Numbered from the stretch's first letter, positions 1 through 13,340 are shown. The stretch: 64,000 bases of DNA from Lama guanicoe (GCA_013239625.1 MU054323.1:4020161-4084160); one strand, 5' to 3'. Numbers and translations: made by a program. Notes: generated by a model from the letters alone, not told the origin.

Positions 1-734
1 GGGTAAAGAGCCCAACAGTTGAATCTGACAGTCTAGGAGGAGTAGGATGATCTCACCAGCTTCCCAAGAAGGAAAGTCAAGATAAGATGCTGGCTGCCAA
101 TGACAAATCCACTGGAGACATCCATCTTTGCATCAAGCACCATCCGTTCTATGGCAAGGAAGCTGGGGTAAATATTGTCTTGGTGCTCCTGCAGGGAGGT
201 GTTTGCAGGTGGAGACAGGAAGCCATTCTGTTGGGACTGAGAGCTCTTGGTGGTCTCAAGTGCTGAGCGATAGCCAAAAAAGCTGTGAATGATAGAGAGT
301 TTACTGCCATTCCACTTCCCGCCTGCCCCTGGACTCTGACCTGCTCTGGGCAAGCAATACATTTGCCTGTCTGGCTTTGCTTGTGGTGTGTTAAGAAAGC
401 AGCAGGGTTGGCCTCGAAGAGTTTCTTTCCAATCCTGTGTTTTGTACTAGATTTGGTCACATGTTTCAGATAACTGAGTAACTGCTTCACCTGTGTTGTT
501 ATCCTCTTCTGCTTCTGGAGGTTCTCATTTCACGCATTGTGCCCTCTCTCTCTTGTCTCCAGACTCTGCTCCATCAGCAATATGGTTGTTCCATGCTTTG
601 GAATCAGGCATCCTGTGGGCGCCCGGCTTCGAAACTCACTGATCGGCCTAACAGGAGGCAGCCTCTTTGTTGAACCTCTTAGACTGAGTTTTCCCATTTT
701 TAAAGCGGTGGTAAGAACTATCTTATTACTTCAC

Positions 735-960
735 AGACTCTGAAATTAGGCTTCTGGTTCAATTTTGACTGTAGTTTTACAACTGTATGCCTGGAGATAT
801 GCTTTATTTCTCTGTCCCTCAATATTCTCATCTGCAAAATGGGGGTGATAATACCGTGTACCTCATAAGAGTTGTTTGTGAGGATTAAATGAGGTAATAG
901 ATGTAAAGTGTCCATATGCTACACTGGGAAATAGCAAGCACTCAATGAAGTTAAATATTA
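735..960 (+). mobile_element. MIR SINE
   Basis: Matches the MIR core: ctcatctgcaaaatgggggtgataata...gttgtttgtgaggattaaatgaggtaatagatgtaaagtg. Confidence 0.85.
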
Positions 961-1149
961 CTATCATATCAGAATTATTCTGAGAATTAACCAAGAATGC
1001 ATATATAAAATGATTCATACTGTACATAAAAACATGCTATGTTATTTGCACATATAAAACTTATCAAATCCCTGCTAACTTTAAGAAGTTTTTAATACTG
1101 AATCACTATCTCTCCCTATTCCTCCTTGATTTTCCTACAACTTTTCCAA

Positions 1150-2340
1150 AATGCAGTTCACGTATACATCACCTCCATTTTCTCACTTCCATTCACTCCT
1201 CAGCTGAGTTGTAATCTGGTGTAGAGCCTCTCCCACCACTAAAACCCATAAGAACTGTTTTATTAAGGGTGCCAAAACTTATTTAACACATCAAGTGTCA
1301 TCAACTCAATCTTTATTCTGCTAGACCTTATTTCAACTTTTGACACTGATACATGTTGCCTCTTTCTTGAGGTCTTACTCTCCTGATGAATTTCATGTCA
1401 TTGCATTCTGCTAGTTCTCCTCCCATCCTGCACAAAGCATCTTTGCAACCTACTTTACAACTATTGCTTTATCTGTTCTTTAAATGTCAGTCTTCTCCTG
1501 GGCTCTGTTCTTGCTACTTCCAAACTCACGTCTCCTACGGCTTCAACCTCCATCTGTATGCTGATGGCTCCTCACTTACATTTTCAGCCAAATTTTCTTA
1601 TTTGAGATCCTCACCCACATACATAACTGCCATCCAACTGGAGGTCCTGCAGTCATCTCAAACACAACATTTTCAAAACTGAATACATCATCTCACTCAT
1701 CCTCGAATTTAAATCTGTCATATATGTTCCCTATTTTAGAAAATGGTGTCTTCCATGTGCCCAAACCAGGATCCCGGGAGTCATCACAGAGCCTTCTTCT
1801 TTCACTCCCGCACCCTGTCCATCACAAAACCCAGTCAAGTCTACTTTCTAAGTATCTCCTTTACTTGTTTCTCCTCCCATTCTCTACTGCCACTGATCTG
1901 GACATGTCTCTCCTGTATTACTGCAAGAGCCTTCTTGCACCCCAGCTACAGCCACGCAATTCATTGTATAGTTCCCTGAATACTTCAAAGTCTTTCATTT
2001 CTCTGAGTCCTTGAAGATTCCATTCTCTCTGCCAGAAATGCTCTCCTCCCATCAGTCTGACAAACTTAAAATCCTCTCTGTAGCCTTCCCTGACATCCTC
2101 AACAAATTTAGTTGCTGCTCTTAAAGCTACCTGTGTGCTTTGTATGTATTCCCATTATAGTACTATCTGACTGTATTGTAATTGTCCATTTGGCCTCCCA
2201 TCTCATCATTGCTCTGAGCATTTTAAGGGCAGACGTCCTGCCATTTCATTTTTGTCATCTTAATGCCAGGCATACCAAAATCTCTCCACTCGGATGTCCC
2301 ACAAACATCTCAAACATGACATATTTGTTGAATGAATGAC
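1150..2340 (+). mobile_element. L2 LINE, degraded 3' part
   Basis: Decayed reverse-transcriptase YADD-like motif (YGFNLHLYADG in ORF 1386-1682) and the typical L2 3' end tttgttgaatgaatga at about 2325-2339. Confidence 0.85.
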
Positions 2341-4529
2341 TTTGTTGAACATACCTTTTTTATCCTCTGTATCTTAAGTGTGGGCATCTTCATAGCCTTT
2401 GGTGGCAAATACTTAATCACATGTCTTGACTGATAGAAATTCAAAACCTAGCTCTCAACTGGCATTCACAGTTCATTTCCTTCCCAAGCCTCAGTTTCCA
2501 ACAAGATGTGACAAATAAGACTGTTTTACCTCCAATGATTTACCTTCATTGTTCCATGGAAAGATAACTATTTGAATTAAAGCACAGTGTCAACAGGAGT
2601 CCTTCCTAGATGCACAGCTGGATTGAAACAGGACACTGGTATTTCAAGAGTGTAGTTTCTTTTTATCTGGCATGCATTTTAAACGATTAGCCAAGATAAA
2701 TTCTGTTGCAGAATTGTTTGCAAAAGTTCTGTTTTTGTACATATGCACACACACACTTTATTCACAAACCTCAAAACATTTAGTGAATAAAGAAGGGAAA
2801 AAAATCCACATTGTTTTAGTGCAATAGATGGTTTTTAGCCATTTCTGCTGTCTACTTGGTCAGACTTCAACAAGGTTCCTCCTCTGTGTCATGGGAAATG
2901 TTGTCTAGCTCTACACTTTATAAAACATTCTTCTACTCTGAGCAAAAGAACAGAGCCTACATTTTAATTCTTTTTTTTTATGATTCAGTAATGAGGTATA
3001 ATTTTCACTGCAGTAAAATTCCTTGGGCTTTAGAAAAATGAAGTAGTTTGGAATTGGAAATATAAATGCTCCAGTACACGGACCACTGGCTCACTTCTTC
3101 AGCACAAGAACACATCAATTCACACCAGTGAAACATTAAGCTGTGAAGAGAAGAATGTATTTCTCATTTCTCCGCTATCTGAAAAATGTCACTGGGCCAA
3201 CTTTAATCATGTCTCCCATTATCATCTAAATGTGTGTTTGAAATGCAGCATCATAAACTAAACGGATATTTTTAAATTGTCATGTTAGATTTTCACTGGT
3301 CATAAAGCTCTCTGATTTTATTTTCTATTATTTTAGCAGCCAACCACAGCTTCTTTTATACAACTTTACACAACTCTCCAAAATCAACACTACATAACCA
3401 GAGTCACACAGTATTGTTAACCTTCCCTACTTTTCATTATTCCACCAGTAATGAGTCAGTTATGACAGAGATAGTTATCGATCTAGAATATTGGGAAGAA
3501 TGACTAGAGGACAACTTACATTTTCTACAGCCTGAATTTTTCACTTGTTGTCAGATCACTGCTTTTACAAGTGAACAAATAAATTTTGCTGGTATTAATT
3601 ATCTGCAAGGCGCTTAATACTTAAATAATCAGGTATTTTCATACAAAGAGAAAGAAGCAATCCCAATGTAGGCATGGAATTAACCTTCCTCGAACTCAGG
3701 AAAGCTGCAAGCTGTGAAATTAGGCCACAGTTAATCTTCTGATAAAAACACTTTGAATCAGATTACACACCTGTGCAAAAGTTACTTAGTAATTCAGAGG
3801 ACATCAGGTAAACTTTTTTCTCTGATCTTCAGCACTAAAGAAAAGAATGCCTCTCCCACAACAAAAGAGAAGAGAAACATCCCAATTTCAAAGAACGAAT
3901 TTTAGACTTGCTTAAATACAAATTTAAAAAAATCAGATTGTACATATACAATGTGATCACATAACACTCAGACAAACGGGACTCTGAATTGCAGTGAGCC
4001 AGCGCAACGGGAAACATCCCGGCCTGGCTGGATACGGCAGAGCCAACACAGTTTTTTCTCTCCATGTTTTCAACAGCAGCAATCGGAGGGACAGAATCCC
4101 CTGGGGGCGATCTGCACCCTTCACACTAATGGCACAGACAGTGGGACTGGCTGCATTGCACAACAATGTGGCTACCTCCAATTTACTTGTTTTTGAACAA
4201 GCTGCTACAGAGGGACAGAAACGAATGCTTGCATGAACAGTACAGGGGTTAGTGACATACGACACCGCATTTTAAGGAAATGAGGGTCAGAGCACTTCTA
4301 GCTGATCTTCCCCAGGGTACACATCCCACCGAGGCAGTAAGGCCCTACCTGCTAGAATCTGTTAACTGACCACTTACTCAGTAGCTACTGGGACAGTAAG
4401 TCAGACAGAAGCCAGCTTCTGTTACTCAAAAGGCCTTCACTCCTCTTTTTATCCAGGGTTATAGGACTACTCTTCCCAGTGTGAGAATACATAAAATCTA
4501 TAGTTGAGAAAACAAATTGTACTTAAAAT

Positions 4530-4665
4530 TCTGGGGGCCACAGAAATCTGCCCTCTGATGATCTGATAAGAGCTAGTAGCTTCTAAGTATCTACAAATGC
4601 CCAGCAAATTTTGCACAGAACTTCAAGAGGTGAAGCCCCTGAAACCCATCCATGGATCCCAGCAA
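4530..4665. mobile_element. hAT-Charlie-type DNA transposon fragment
   Basis: atctgataagagct...ttttgcacagaacttcaagagg...gaaacccatccatggatcccag resembles small non-autonomous Charlie/MER elements; subfamily not assigned. Confidence 0.5.
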
Positions 4666-5338
4666 CTCCTTAGTTAAGCTGCTTCCTGTGACAGCTTAAC
4701 TAAAGTCCCTGTGAAGGACCAGGTTCATACTTTGCTCATCTCTGTGTCTTTAAACTTCCTAGTGCAGGGAGTGGCCTGAAGTAGGTTTTCAGATTCCTTG
4801 GGAATAAATAATTTACCCGCATTCACAGGGCGCTCCAGAGCACCAGGAGGAACCCTCTGAGAAACTGAGAAGGCACCAGGGTCTGCCATCTCCAGAGGTC
4901 TAGTGCCTTCTGGTCACTGCCTCTCATCTGTGCACTCAGGGGGGAGGAGTCCACGAAGACTGGGGAGGTTGGGCAGCACTGTGAGTGCTGGGTGGGGGTG
5001 AAACCAGACGCCAGCAACAACAGCCCCAGCCTGACCACACTGGGCAAGTCACGAGTGAGGTCGCTGCCGTCAGGCTAACCCTGCTTTTGGTTCTTTGGCC
5101 CGTGAGATTAGATGCTAGGCTATCACTGCCCTTCAATAAATAGCATAGTTAATTGCTCCGGTGTCATCAAGAAGTACTGGAGTGAGCCAGACAATGCGTG
5201 TGCTGAGTCATGGGTCCAGAACCGGTTGTCTTGACAGGGGAATTTGTGCTACAGAAAGAATGCAGGAAATGGCTTCAAATATAGTCCATGCTGCAGCATT
5301 AGAATCAGGTCTCCCTCAGGGTGAGGGGAGGAATGTTG

Positions 5339-5339
<1 letters not shown>

Positions 5340-5419
<80 letters not shown>

Positions 5420-5426
5420 AGAGAGA
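5340..5426. repeat. Compound microsatellite (TG)n(GA)n
   Basis: Directly visible: about 32 TG units with one interruption, then about 10 GA units. Confidence 0.98.
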
Positions 5427-6304
5427 TGGGAGCAGGGGACAGAGAAGGAGGTCCCAAAGCTGTGGGCTCAATCCATGCTTCCAGGGATGTTTCGAGGACA
5501 AACTTCCGAAAGTCCACGTGACCCTGTGACACGACTTTAACTCCTGATCCAGAGCCTTCCACACTGGCCCAGAGACCCACTGTGCCTCAGCAGTGCCTTA
5601 ATACTGCAGCCACACCAAGTCGCGCAGGGCAGGATGTGTCACTGATAGCTCCTCAGTGCAGAGATCGTTTCTCTGAGAACACCCCGGTGGCAAAGGTTCA
5701 CTTCAATGCAGCAGCTCAAGAATACACATGTGGCAAGTCTCAGATTATAGGTTGCTCAGCTGCCTGTCTCTTGCCCTTTCCTGGCATATCCGTATTGTGC
5801 ACTGTGACTGGCCAGGGTCAGGGATGAAGGATGATGATCCAAGGGAGAGAAATCTGGGCTATGCTTGTTGAGAGCTGATAGCTGGGGTCAGCCAGGCAGC
5901 AGGAACTCCTGGGCACAGGAGACGGACAAGTCGGCTCCCCTAAGTGCAAGCCCCTGTCTCTGGGGTTTCCTCTCAATGGACTTACTGGAAATCTTCTCTA
6001 ATATTTCAGTTCCACACCCCTCTGTGACATTATTTTGTTACTGAAGAGCCATTATTACCTGATGTGGCATTTAAATGTTCTCAATATTCTGTAGTTGCTT
6101 TTGGTCATTCTCCTTTCCTGGTTAGGTCCTTGAGAGCAAGATGTCTATAGGCATTGCTCCATGGTGCTGAGCAAGTGTAGAAAGCAAGAGATACTGGACT
6201 GAGTGATTGAAGAATCTAAGTACTGAATTATTAAAGAACTAACAAGGCTGAGTCCAGATGGTTTTAGAAATTCTGGAGTGGAGAGGACACGCCGTCTCCT
6301 CACC

Positions 6305-6570
6305 ATTTTTCAAACATATTCAAACTGACCCAAAGAAATTACTTTCCCATTACAACACAGTATACACACATACATACACACATTAGAGTTGCTTACCTGA
6401 AACAAAACTTACCCTTACCCTTACTACATGGGATACACTCTGACTTTTTCTATTCTGTTCCATTTCATTTAAAAAAAAAAAAAAGAAAAAAGAAAAAACC
6501 CTGGTCACCACCCATTAACTTGATCTCATGATCCACCAATGAGAGGCAACTTGTTGTTTGCAAAGCACTG
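6305..6570. mobile_element. hAT-Charlie-type MER element
   Basis: Termini resemble Charlie-family terminal inverted repeats (tttttcaaac...gtttgcaaagcactg), with internal ggtcaccacccattaacttgatctcatgatccaccaatg. Confidence 0.55.
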
Positions 6571-8419
6571 GCTTAGCTTACCTCAAGGGATTATATTAAA
6601 CCTGACAAGGAATCCTATCTGCTTTGCAATCTTTTCTAAAAACCATAAAATCTTTTCTACCCATACATAATTTACAAATATTGGAAGAAATCTTTACCAC
6701 ATTTCTTAACTAGGTTTCACTGTCTTTCACAGATAACAAGCGGTGAAATTTCGAGCCACAGCCAGTCTTAAGATTCCAAGTTGAGGGCGATTTTCACTTT
6801 ATCCTGCTGCATTCATGATCTGATTTGTGCCTGGCTAGCCTCCCCACCTTGGCTGTAAGTGCCCAAAGGACCAGAAATGTACCTACCACCATGCTGGGTA
6901 CCTGGAGGTGCTCAGTGATAAACCGAAAGGAGTTATAATAAGGCTGGTCCAAAGCCACGTTCTGGTTTTGACATTGTGTTCCGGACATTTCTGTGCCCAA
7001 ACCTTATCTAATGTCTTGCTTCATGTAGCTTCTATGATACTCCATGGGCCACTGGTCAGAGGGTTGGCACTGGAAAATTTCCCAGGCTTGTAGGGCTTTT
7101 TCGGTGAACAGATCGCAGGAGATGAGAGAGGCACACTGTCTGGCTCCTACGTGTCCTTGAGCTTTTCCCAGAGCTCAAAGACAAAGGTCCAGAAAGGCCA
7201 ATAAAAGCATCCAACAGGACAGTCTTTGTTTCTGCTAGTTTCCCCAAACAGCTAGTTTCCCTCAGGCTGTGATTTGTAGGCCTGGCTTCTACTGGACCTT
7301 GAATCCATGATCAGTGGTAAACTATCAAGATATGCCCCAATTTCTGTTACTTTGGGCCTCTCCAGCTAAATCCAATGTCCCAAGGTATATGCACATGTGT
7401 ATGGGGGAGGCAGCATAGGGACTGTTAATACTGAACAGGCACTAACTAATCATCTGTTCAGTGAATGGATGAATGAAGGAGTATATGGATGAAAAAAATA
7501 ATAGTATGACTGTATGCTATACATAGGTGGGTATTCACGGTTTTTCATTATGTGCTCTAGAAGGCTCTTTTTCTCAATGACTTAGGAGCAGGAAATGTGA
7601 CAATAACAGTCCTGGGGTACCTGGAAAGAAAAGGAAAGGGGGAGAGAAGAGTTGAGGGGAGAAAAAGGAAGGTGAGAATGGAAAAAAGACTGCGAGGAGA
7701 ACATAGCTGGAACGGCAAGAAGAAGGCTCAGCAATACTGAGCGTTGGTCACATCTTTGTTAGTTCTAGAATCCTCTTTACTTTGTTATTCTGTATACTTT
7801 GTCGGACTCAAAGTACATGTTTCATATGGTGGAAAAGTTCCCTTGTTTACTTATTCTTCCTGACCCAGCTTTAAAAGGCTGTCTAATCATCTCAATATGT
7901 TTCTTGTAGCTGGTTTACTGCAGAGCTGAGGGAAGGGGTGGGAGGAAGCAGTGTCAGTCAAGGCGGCTTCCTACATCCGGCTCAAATGTAAGAACTGGTA
8001 GAGGAAGCCTTCCCGATATTAAATCAAACAGAACCCTCTCAACAGGAGGAAAACAGGAGATGTTGCAATGACCAGACTCAACTTTCGACCTCACGATTGA
8101 TAAGGTTTGGGGGAAAGAAAGGCACTCTGCTCAAAAGTCAGGTCAAAAGCTTATCCACACACTGATTTCTCAATCCAGGATCTGTAACATCAAATAAAAC
8201 AAAGGCCCTTATCCCAATTGAAGTCATTAGCAAACATCTCTTTGCTCTCCTGGGAATTCTGTTCTTTCACAACCTCTTTCTGAATTATCACTTTGTATGG
8301 AGACAGGAGTTTAATCTTTCAAATGAAGTATGTGGCCACAAGAAGAGGCCAGTGGTTCTGAGGGCAGAAGGGAAGGCTGGTGCCACCCTTGTGCCTGGGA
8401 GGGACGTCACGATCAAGAG

Positions 8420-8605
8420 TGCAGCTATGGGAGCCAGACCGCCTGGATCTGAAATTGGTTCTGCCACCAGCTACGTAAGTTACACGACCTTTCTATGCCT
8501 CATATAAGAACGTGAAATGAAACCATTTTACTTCACAGGAATAAATAAGTAAATACAAGTGGTGCACTTAAGACAGCGTAGCAGGCGTTCAGTAAGTCTT
8601 AGGTG
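8420..8605 (+). mobile_element. MIR SINE, diverged
   Basis: ggagccagaccgcctggatctgaa...ctgccac...ctatgcctca resembles the MIR consensus. Confidence 0.7.
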
Positions 8606-8718
8606 TTAATGGGACACAAAAAAAGAAATATCCATTTGCTAAAGTCACGGTGTGTTTTGGTAGGTTTTTCCCCTCATTTTAATAAGGACCATTCGTTTTA
8701 AGAATCTTGGAATGACAT

Positions 8719-9067
8719 TCTAAGTGAAGTAAGCCAGAAAGAGAAACAAAAATGCCATATGAAATTGCTTGTATGTGGAATCTAAAAAAAAGGACACAAA
8801 TGAGCTTATCTACAAAACAGAAACAGACTCACAAACAGACTCAGAGACACAGAACAAACTTATGGTTACCAGGGGGCAAAGATGGTGGGAAGGTATAAAT
8901 TGGGAATTTGACAATTGCACCTCTTAGGAGTGATGGAAATGTCAGCTATCTTGATTGTGGTGGTGGCTTCACGGGTGTATACGTCAATTAAAATTCATCA
9001 AATTGTACATGTGAAATGCGTGTGGTTTACCGTACAGGAACTATCCCACAACAAAGGTGCTGAGAAA
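8719..9067 (+). mobile_element. Chimeric L1 retro-insertion (young L1 3' UTR fused to an old L1M 3' end) with a 19-bp TSD
   Basis: Direct repeat aagaatcttggaatgacat at 8700-8718 and 9068-9086, a TTTT/AA endonuclease site on the left, and two different L1 3' sequences inside. Confidence 0.85.
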
Positions 9068-9339
9068 AAGAATCTTGGAATGACATATCTGAAAGGAACA
9101 TTTTTTACATAAGTGTAAAAAGCTCAGATCATTGAGCTCTTCAAGGCTGCACAGTTAACCTAGTGGTACACTTGGGACTAGAAACCAGACTTCTTGACTC
9201 TAGACCATTATCCACATGACACACTTTTTCCCTGGAAGAGGATGCCCAGGACCAAGAAAGTTCTATCAGAGCGATAATAACCAGAATTGCAGTACTTCCC
9301 CCAAGAGCTCCCTTGTCACTCCAAAGACAGTATTAAACA

Positions 9340-9480
9340 GGTTCATTCATTTATTCATTCATTCACTCATTCACCCATCACCGAGTTAGGCACTGAAGGT
9401 ACTGAAAAGTAAGACACAGTCTTTGTCCCTAAAGGACTTCAACTGAAATTGGAGCACTAAGATAGGCAGAAATAAAATGA
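9340..9480 (-). mobile_element. L2 3' end fragment with (TTCA)n
   Basis: ttcattcatttattcattcattcactcattca followed by taggcactg...agacacagtctttgtccct. Confidence 0.7.
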
Positions 9481-9619
9481 TACAATGATACAAACACTTA
9501 TATAATAGGAAAAGTATTAGAGAGGTTAGTCATCTTTTGCTAAATAACCAATCAGACGTCTAGTAAAAGAGTTTATGATAAGCTTAGTACATTTATGAAT
9601 GACTAAAATAAATGAAGCC

Positions 9620-10455
9620 AAGCTTGTCTATGTGAGTTGGGCTGTGTTTAATGTTTGCTATAGCTGTAGGTGTGAGAGGCTTCAAATTTTTCTAGTCGCC
9701 TTTATTTTTGTCTCCTGCCATCCAGAGGATACTCTGAGAAGTCCTCCTTAGAGTCTACATTTTGCAGCCCTTTCATAATCCATTGTTATATTAGAGCCCT
9801 GTTGGAGAGGTGGTAAGGTGTCTGGGAGGGAAAGCACTCTATACTTTTATGGTTAAATCTCAATGTTCTAGTGTCCTTGGCTCCCTGGAATGTGACCTTC
9901 GCAGTGTTTCCTAGATCCCTCCCAGTTAGGTAAAATAGCAAAGGCAATGGGAGAGGGGGTGGCTGGAGGCAGGGCAGTGTGCTTCTCTCAAGTGGGATAA
10001 GGCTCTGGTAATATCTTTGCCTTGGAGAGCAGGTTTGGTTATGGAGGACACTCTGGATTTATTTCAAAGTAGGAACACTTCTCCACAACCTGTCAGAGCA
10101 ATGAGGTTAACATTCCTGGTTCTTCACTGTGAGAACCTGGTGGGTTTCCTGGAGGTGAAGTCCACAGAAGTATGGGCGACCCCTAAGATCACAGACTCCA
10201 GGAGTCTCTCACTCTCATACTCATCCACACTCAGCTCCAGCAATTTATCAAAATTACTGCGTAAGTGTTCCTGTCAATGTCTGGCTCCAGTGACTTCCGC
10301 TCCAGGTAAGCAGATCTTTCCGGATTCTCCTATCTGTCCAGATTTTGGGGTGGCTGTTTGCCCTGCAGCCTCAGTTTCATGAGTCCAAGAAAAGTCACAG
10401 ATTTTCAGTCTCTTTGTTTTTTTTTTTCCTTGTTAGAGTGAGTGCTTTACATGTA
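9620..10455 (-). mobile_element. Ancient L1M 5'-region fragment
   Basis: Resembles L1MC/L1MD 5' sequence (gtgggtttcctggaggtgaagtccacagaagtatgg...ctccaggtaagcagatct); recognised by eye. Confidence 0.55.
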
Positions 10456-10459
10456 GGGC

Positions 10460-11395
10460 CAAAACCTAAAGATTCAGTTTCATTTTATACATTTGGATAT
10501 GCAGTTATGCCAGCACCATTTGCTGAAAAGACTATTCTTTCCTCATTGAATCTTTTGGCATCCTCAACAAAAAATCACTTGACCATAAATGTGGGAGTTC
10601 ATTTCTGGACTTTCAACTCCATTCTCAATTGATCCATACGTCTACTTTTATGCCAATATGGCACTCTCTTGTTTACAGTAGCTTTGCAGTAAGTTTTGAA
10701 ATTGGGAAGTGTGAGTCCCCCAAATCCATTATTCTTTTTCAAGACTGTTTTGGCTATTGTGGTTCTCCTGCATTTCCATATGAATTTTAGGATCACCTTG
10801 CCATGATGTACAAAGCAGCCAGCTGGGATTTTGAAAGGGATTGCACTGAATCTTTAGATTAATTTGAAAAGTTTTTCTATCTTAACAATAGTAAGTCTTC
10901 CAATTCTTTTTTTTTAATTGAAGTATAGTCAGTTACATACATGTGTTGATTTCTGGTGTCCAGCACAATGTCCCAGGCATGCATATACAGACATATATTT
11001 GTTTTCATATTCTTTTCCATTAAAGGTCATTACAAGATATTGAATATAGTTCCCTGTGCTATAAAGAAGAAAATTTTAAAAATCTACTTTTATCTATCAA
11101 ATCAAACTCAAATCTCAAACTCCCAAACTTCCAATTCTTAAATATGGTATGTCTTTCCATTTATGCAGGTCTTCTTTAATTTCTTTCAATAATTTGTAAT
11201 TTTACGTGTACAAATAATACACTTCTTTTGTTAAGTTTATTCCTGAATATTCTGCTCTTTTAATACTATTATAATTGGAATTTTTTTTCTAAATTTCTTT
11301 TTGGATTGTTTATTGCTAGGATAAATATGAAATAATTAAGTTTTGTATGCGGACTTCATATCCTGCACCCTTGCTGACTTTGTTTATTAGTTATT
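10460..11395 (-). mobile_element. Old L1 ORF2 fragment, interrupted by a younger L1
   Basis: ORF 10599-10796 translates to ILKFIWK...IAKTVLKKNNGFGGLTLPNFKTYCKATV, which is L1 ORF2 C-terminal sequence. Confidence 0.9.
10909..11127 (-). mobile_element. Young 5'-truncated L1 3' end, nested, with a 12-bp TSD
   Basis: Poly-T then aattgaagtatagtcagttaca...gttccctgtgctata; TSD cttccaattctt at 10897-10908 and 11128-11139. Confidence 0.85.
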
Positions 11396-13069
11396 ATGAT
11401 TTTGGAATGCTTCTTTTAGGATGGTCAGTTAAAACTTTTCTATGGTCTAGTGAAACTGGAATTAAAAAATGTCTACAAGATTTATCAATTAGAACCATTG
11501 TTATACTAAGAAAGCACACTCTTAGTAGGATGGTGATGATAAACAGTATCTAGAATGAGTCATGGGGTCAGACATGAGCATGTTTACAGGCTAAAGAGAA
11601 GGAACAATTAGGAAGAGTTTATTTGAGAAAAGAAGGAGATAAAGTGTCAAAGGGGTCAGAAGTGGGTGGGTTAAGTGTAGGCCCAGGGTTTGAGATACCT
11701 CGAGGTTGACCTCGTTTTCTTAGACTTTGGGAAAGGAGTCAAAGGTACAGATATGAATGAGAATGTGGGCTGGAACATACATTAAAAGTGCGGAATAAAA
11801 GCAAGATACTGATACAGAGAATGCCTGATGATTTCAGTTTCTCTGTGACATAAGAGCCCAGGTGATCTCCTGAGAGGAGGGATTTCGGGGAGGACAGTGA
11901 AGGTTCAGAAGAATCGTTCAGGAGGTTGAAAGCAACCTGACCAAGGGCAGACAAAACGGTTAACAGATACGGTTAAGCGACCAACTGAGGGCTGAATTAC
12001 GGAAGTGGGTTGTCAGGTCTATTTGTAAGGTTTCTCTAGCTGCATTTAGTCACGTGTGCCCAAGAATATGAACAGTCATCAGTAATGTTGTATTGATCCT
12101 GGGCCGGAGAGTTACGGTCCAGGTGCTGCTGTGGTATAGGTATGCTAACAGAAAAGTGTCAAAGATACTGGTAATCCATAATTAAGACAACCAATCACGT
12201 TGTAACAGTCTAGGGTGGCAAGGAAGGCTTAGAGATTCCTCACAGACTGCAAAAAATTATGGGGTAAAGAACTGGAGGTCCTTCCGAAGTTGAAAGTAGG
12301 TCCAGGGGGAGTGAAGGCACAAGAGACTGGGAAGGCTAAGATGCTGAGACTTGGTGGAATAATGGAGTTCAGGATTTCTGGTGTGATCTGTTTCTTGGTG
12401 ATGACAGGATTCTAGGTGTGACTTGCCTAAGGTAGAGCAGAAGTGAAAGCCACTGCAAGTATGAAAGTCTAAGTTTATGTTTTTGGATGGTCCATCCGCA
12501 TGCCCTTGATATCACTCAGAATTACGACAGTAACGGGTAGAAAGAGGACCCAGGGCCTACAGTGTCAGTTCACAAGAAGGAGTACCTGGGAAGTCGGTAG
12601 ATGACAGTAATAAAGTGAGGCAGAGGCTGGTAAACCTGAACGATCCAATCTCCTGGAATCAAGAGCTTTTACCCAACGCTCCCAAGGGTTACAACACTCT
12701 TTAATCACAGTGGCTCCTCCTGGAATGGTTTTTAAGGTGGGGAGGCATCATAAGGGAATCTTTGGGGTGAAGCAGGGAGCTAGGCCTTATCAGTATTAGA
12801 AAAAACTCAGCCTGGCTGTTCTGATACGACCATCAGGAGGTGTTCTTCCCCACCATTCTCATCCCAGTGAGAACTACTCTTTTAAGGATGGCTATAGAAA
12901 TCCAGGTGAATTCCTAAGGGGAATATGGCTTCTATCCCGTCCATACACCTGCTTGCTACTGACAGTTATATACAGACACAAATCTAGATTTCTGACAGAT
13001 CTTTCCAAGGAAAAACACATATATTTTTCATAATTACGTTGAATGTGATATAAAATAGTATAAATGCAT

Positions 13070-13340
13070 AATTTATTTTTATAACAAGTGCCATTTACAG
13101 TGAAATGAACACATCTTAAAGGCACAGTTTGCTGAGCTTTGACAAATGCATAAGCCCTCACCCTTATTAGGCTATAGATTACTTCCATTACTCCAGAAAC
13201 TTCCCTGGTGGCCCTGCCCACTCAATTCCCACCCTACCTGAGGCAACCAGAGTGCTGATTTCTATCACTGTAGACTAGTTTTGTCTAGTTTAGAACCTCA
13301 TAATAATGGACACACAGTAGGGGCTCTTTTGCTTAGCACA
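13070..13340 (-). mobile_element. L1MC/ME-type 3' end fragment
   Basis: acagtgaaatgaacacatcttaaagg...ggcaaccagagtgctgatttctatcactgtagactagttttgtct. Confidence 0.75.

Noticed and set aside
33..490. Overlapping 109-aa and 113-aa minus-strand ORFs
   Set aside because: No recognisable domain, no convincing splice context, and lengths within chance expectation.
3957..4265. 80-102 aa ORFs on both strands in a mildly CpG-rich patch
   Set aside because: No recognisable homology or exon boundaries; more likely non-coding.
5161..5580. ORFs with poly-CV or poly-HT runs
   Set aside because: Artefacts of the (TG)n(GA)n microsatellite.
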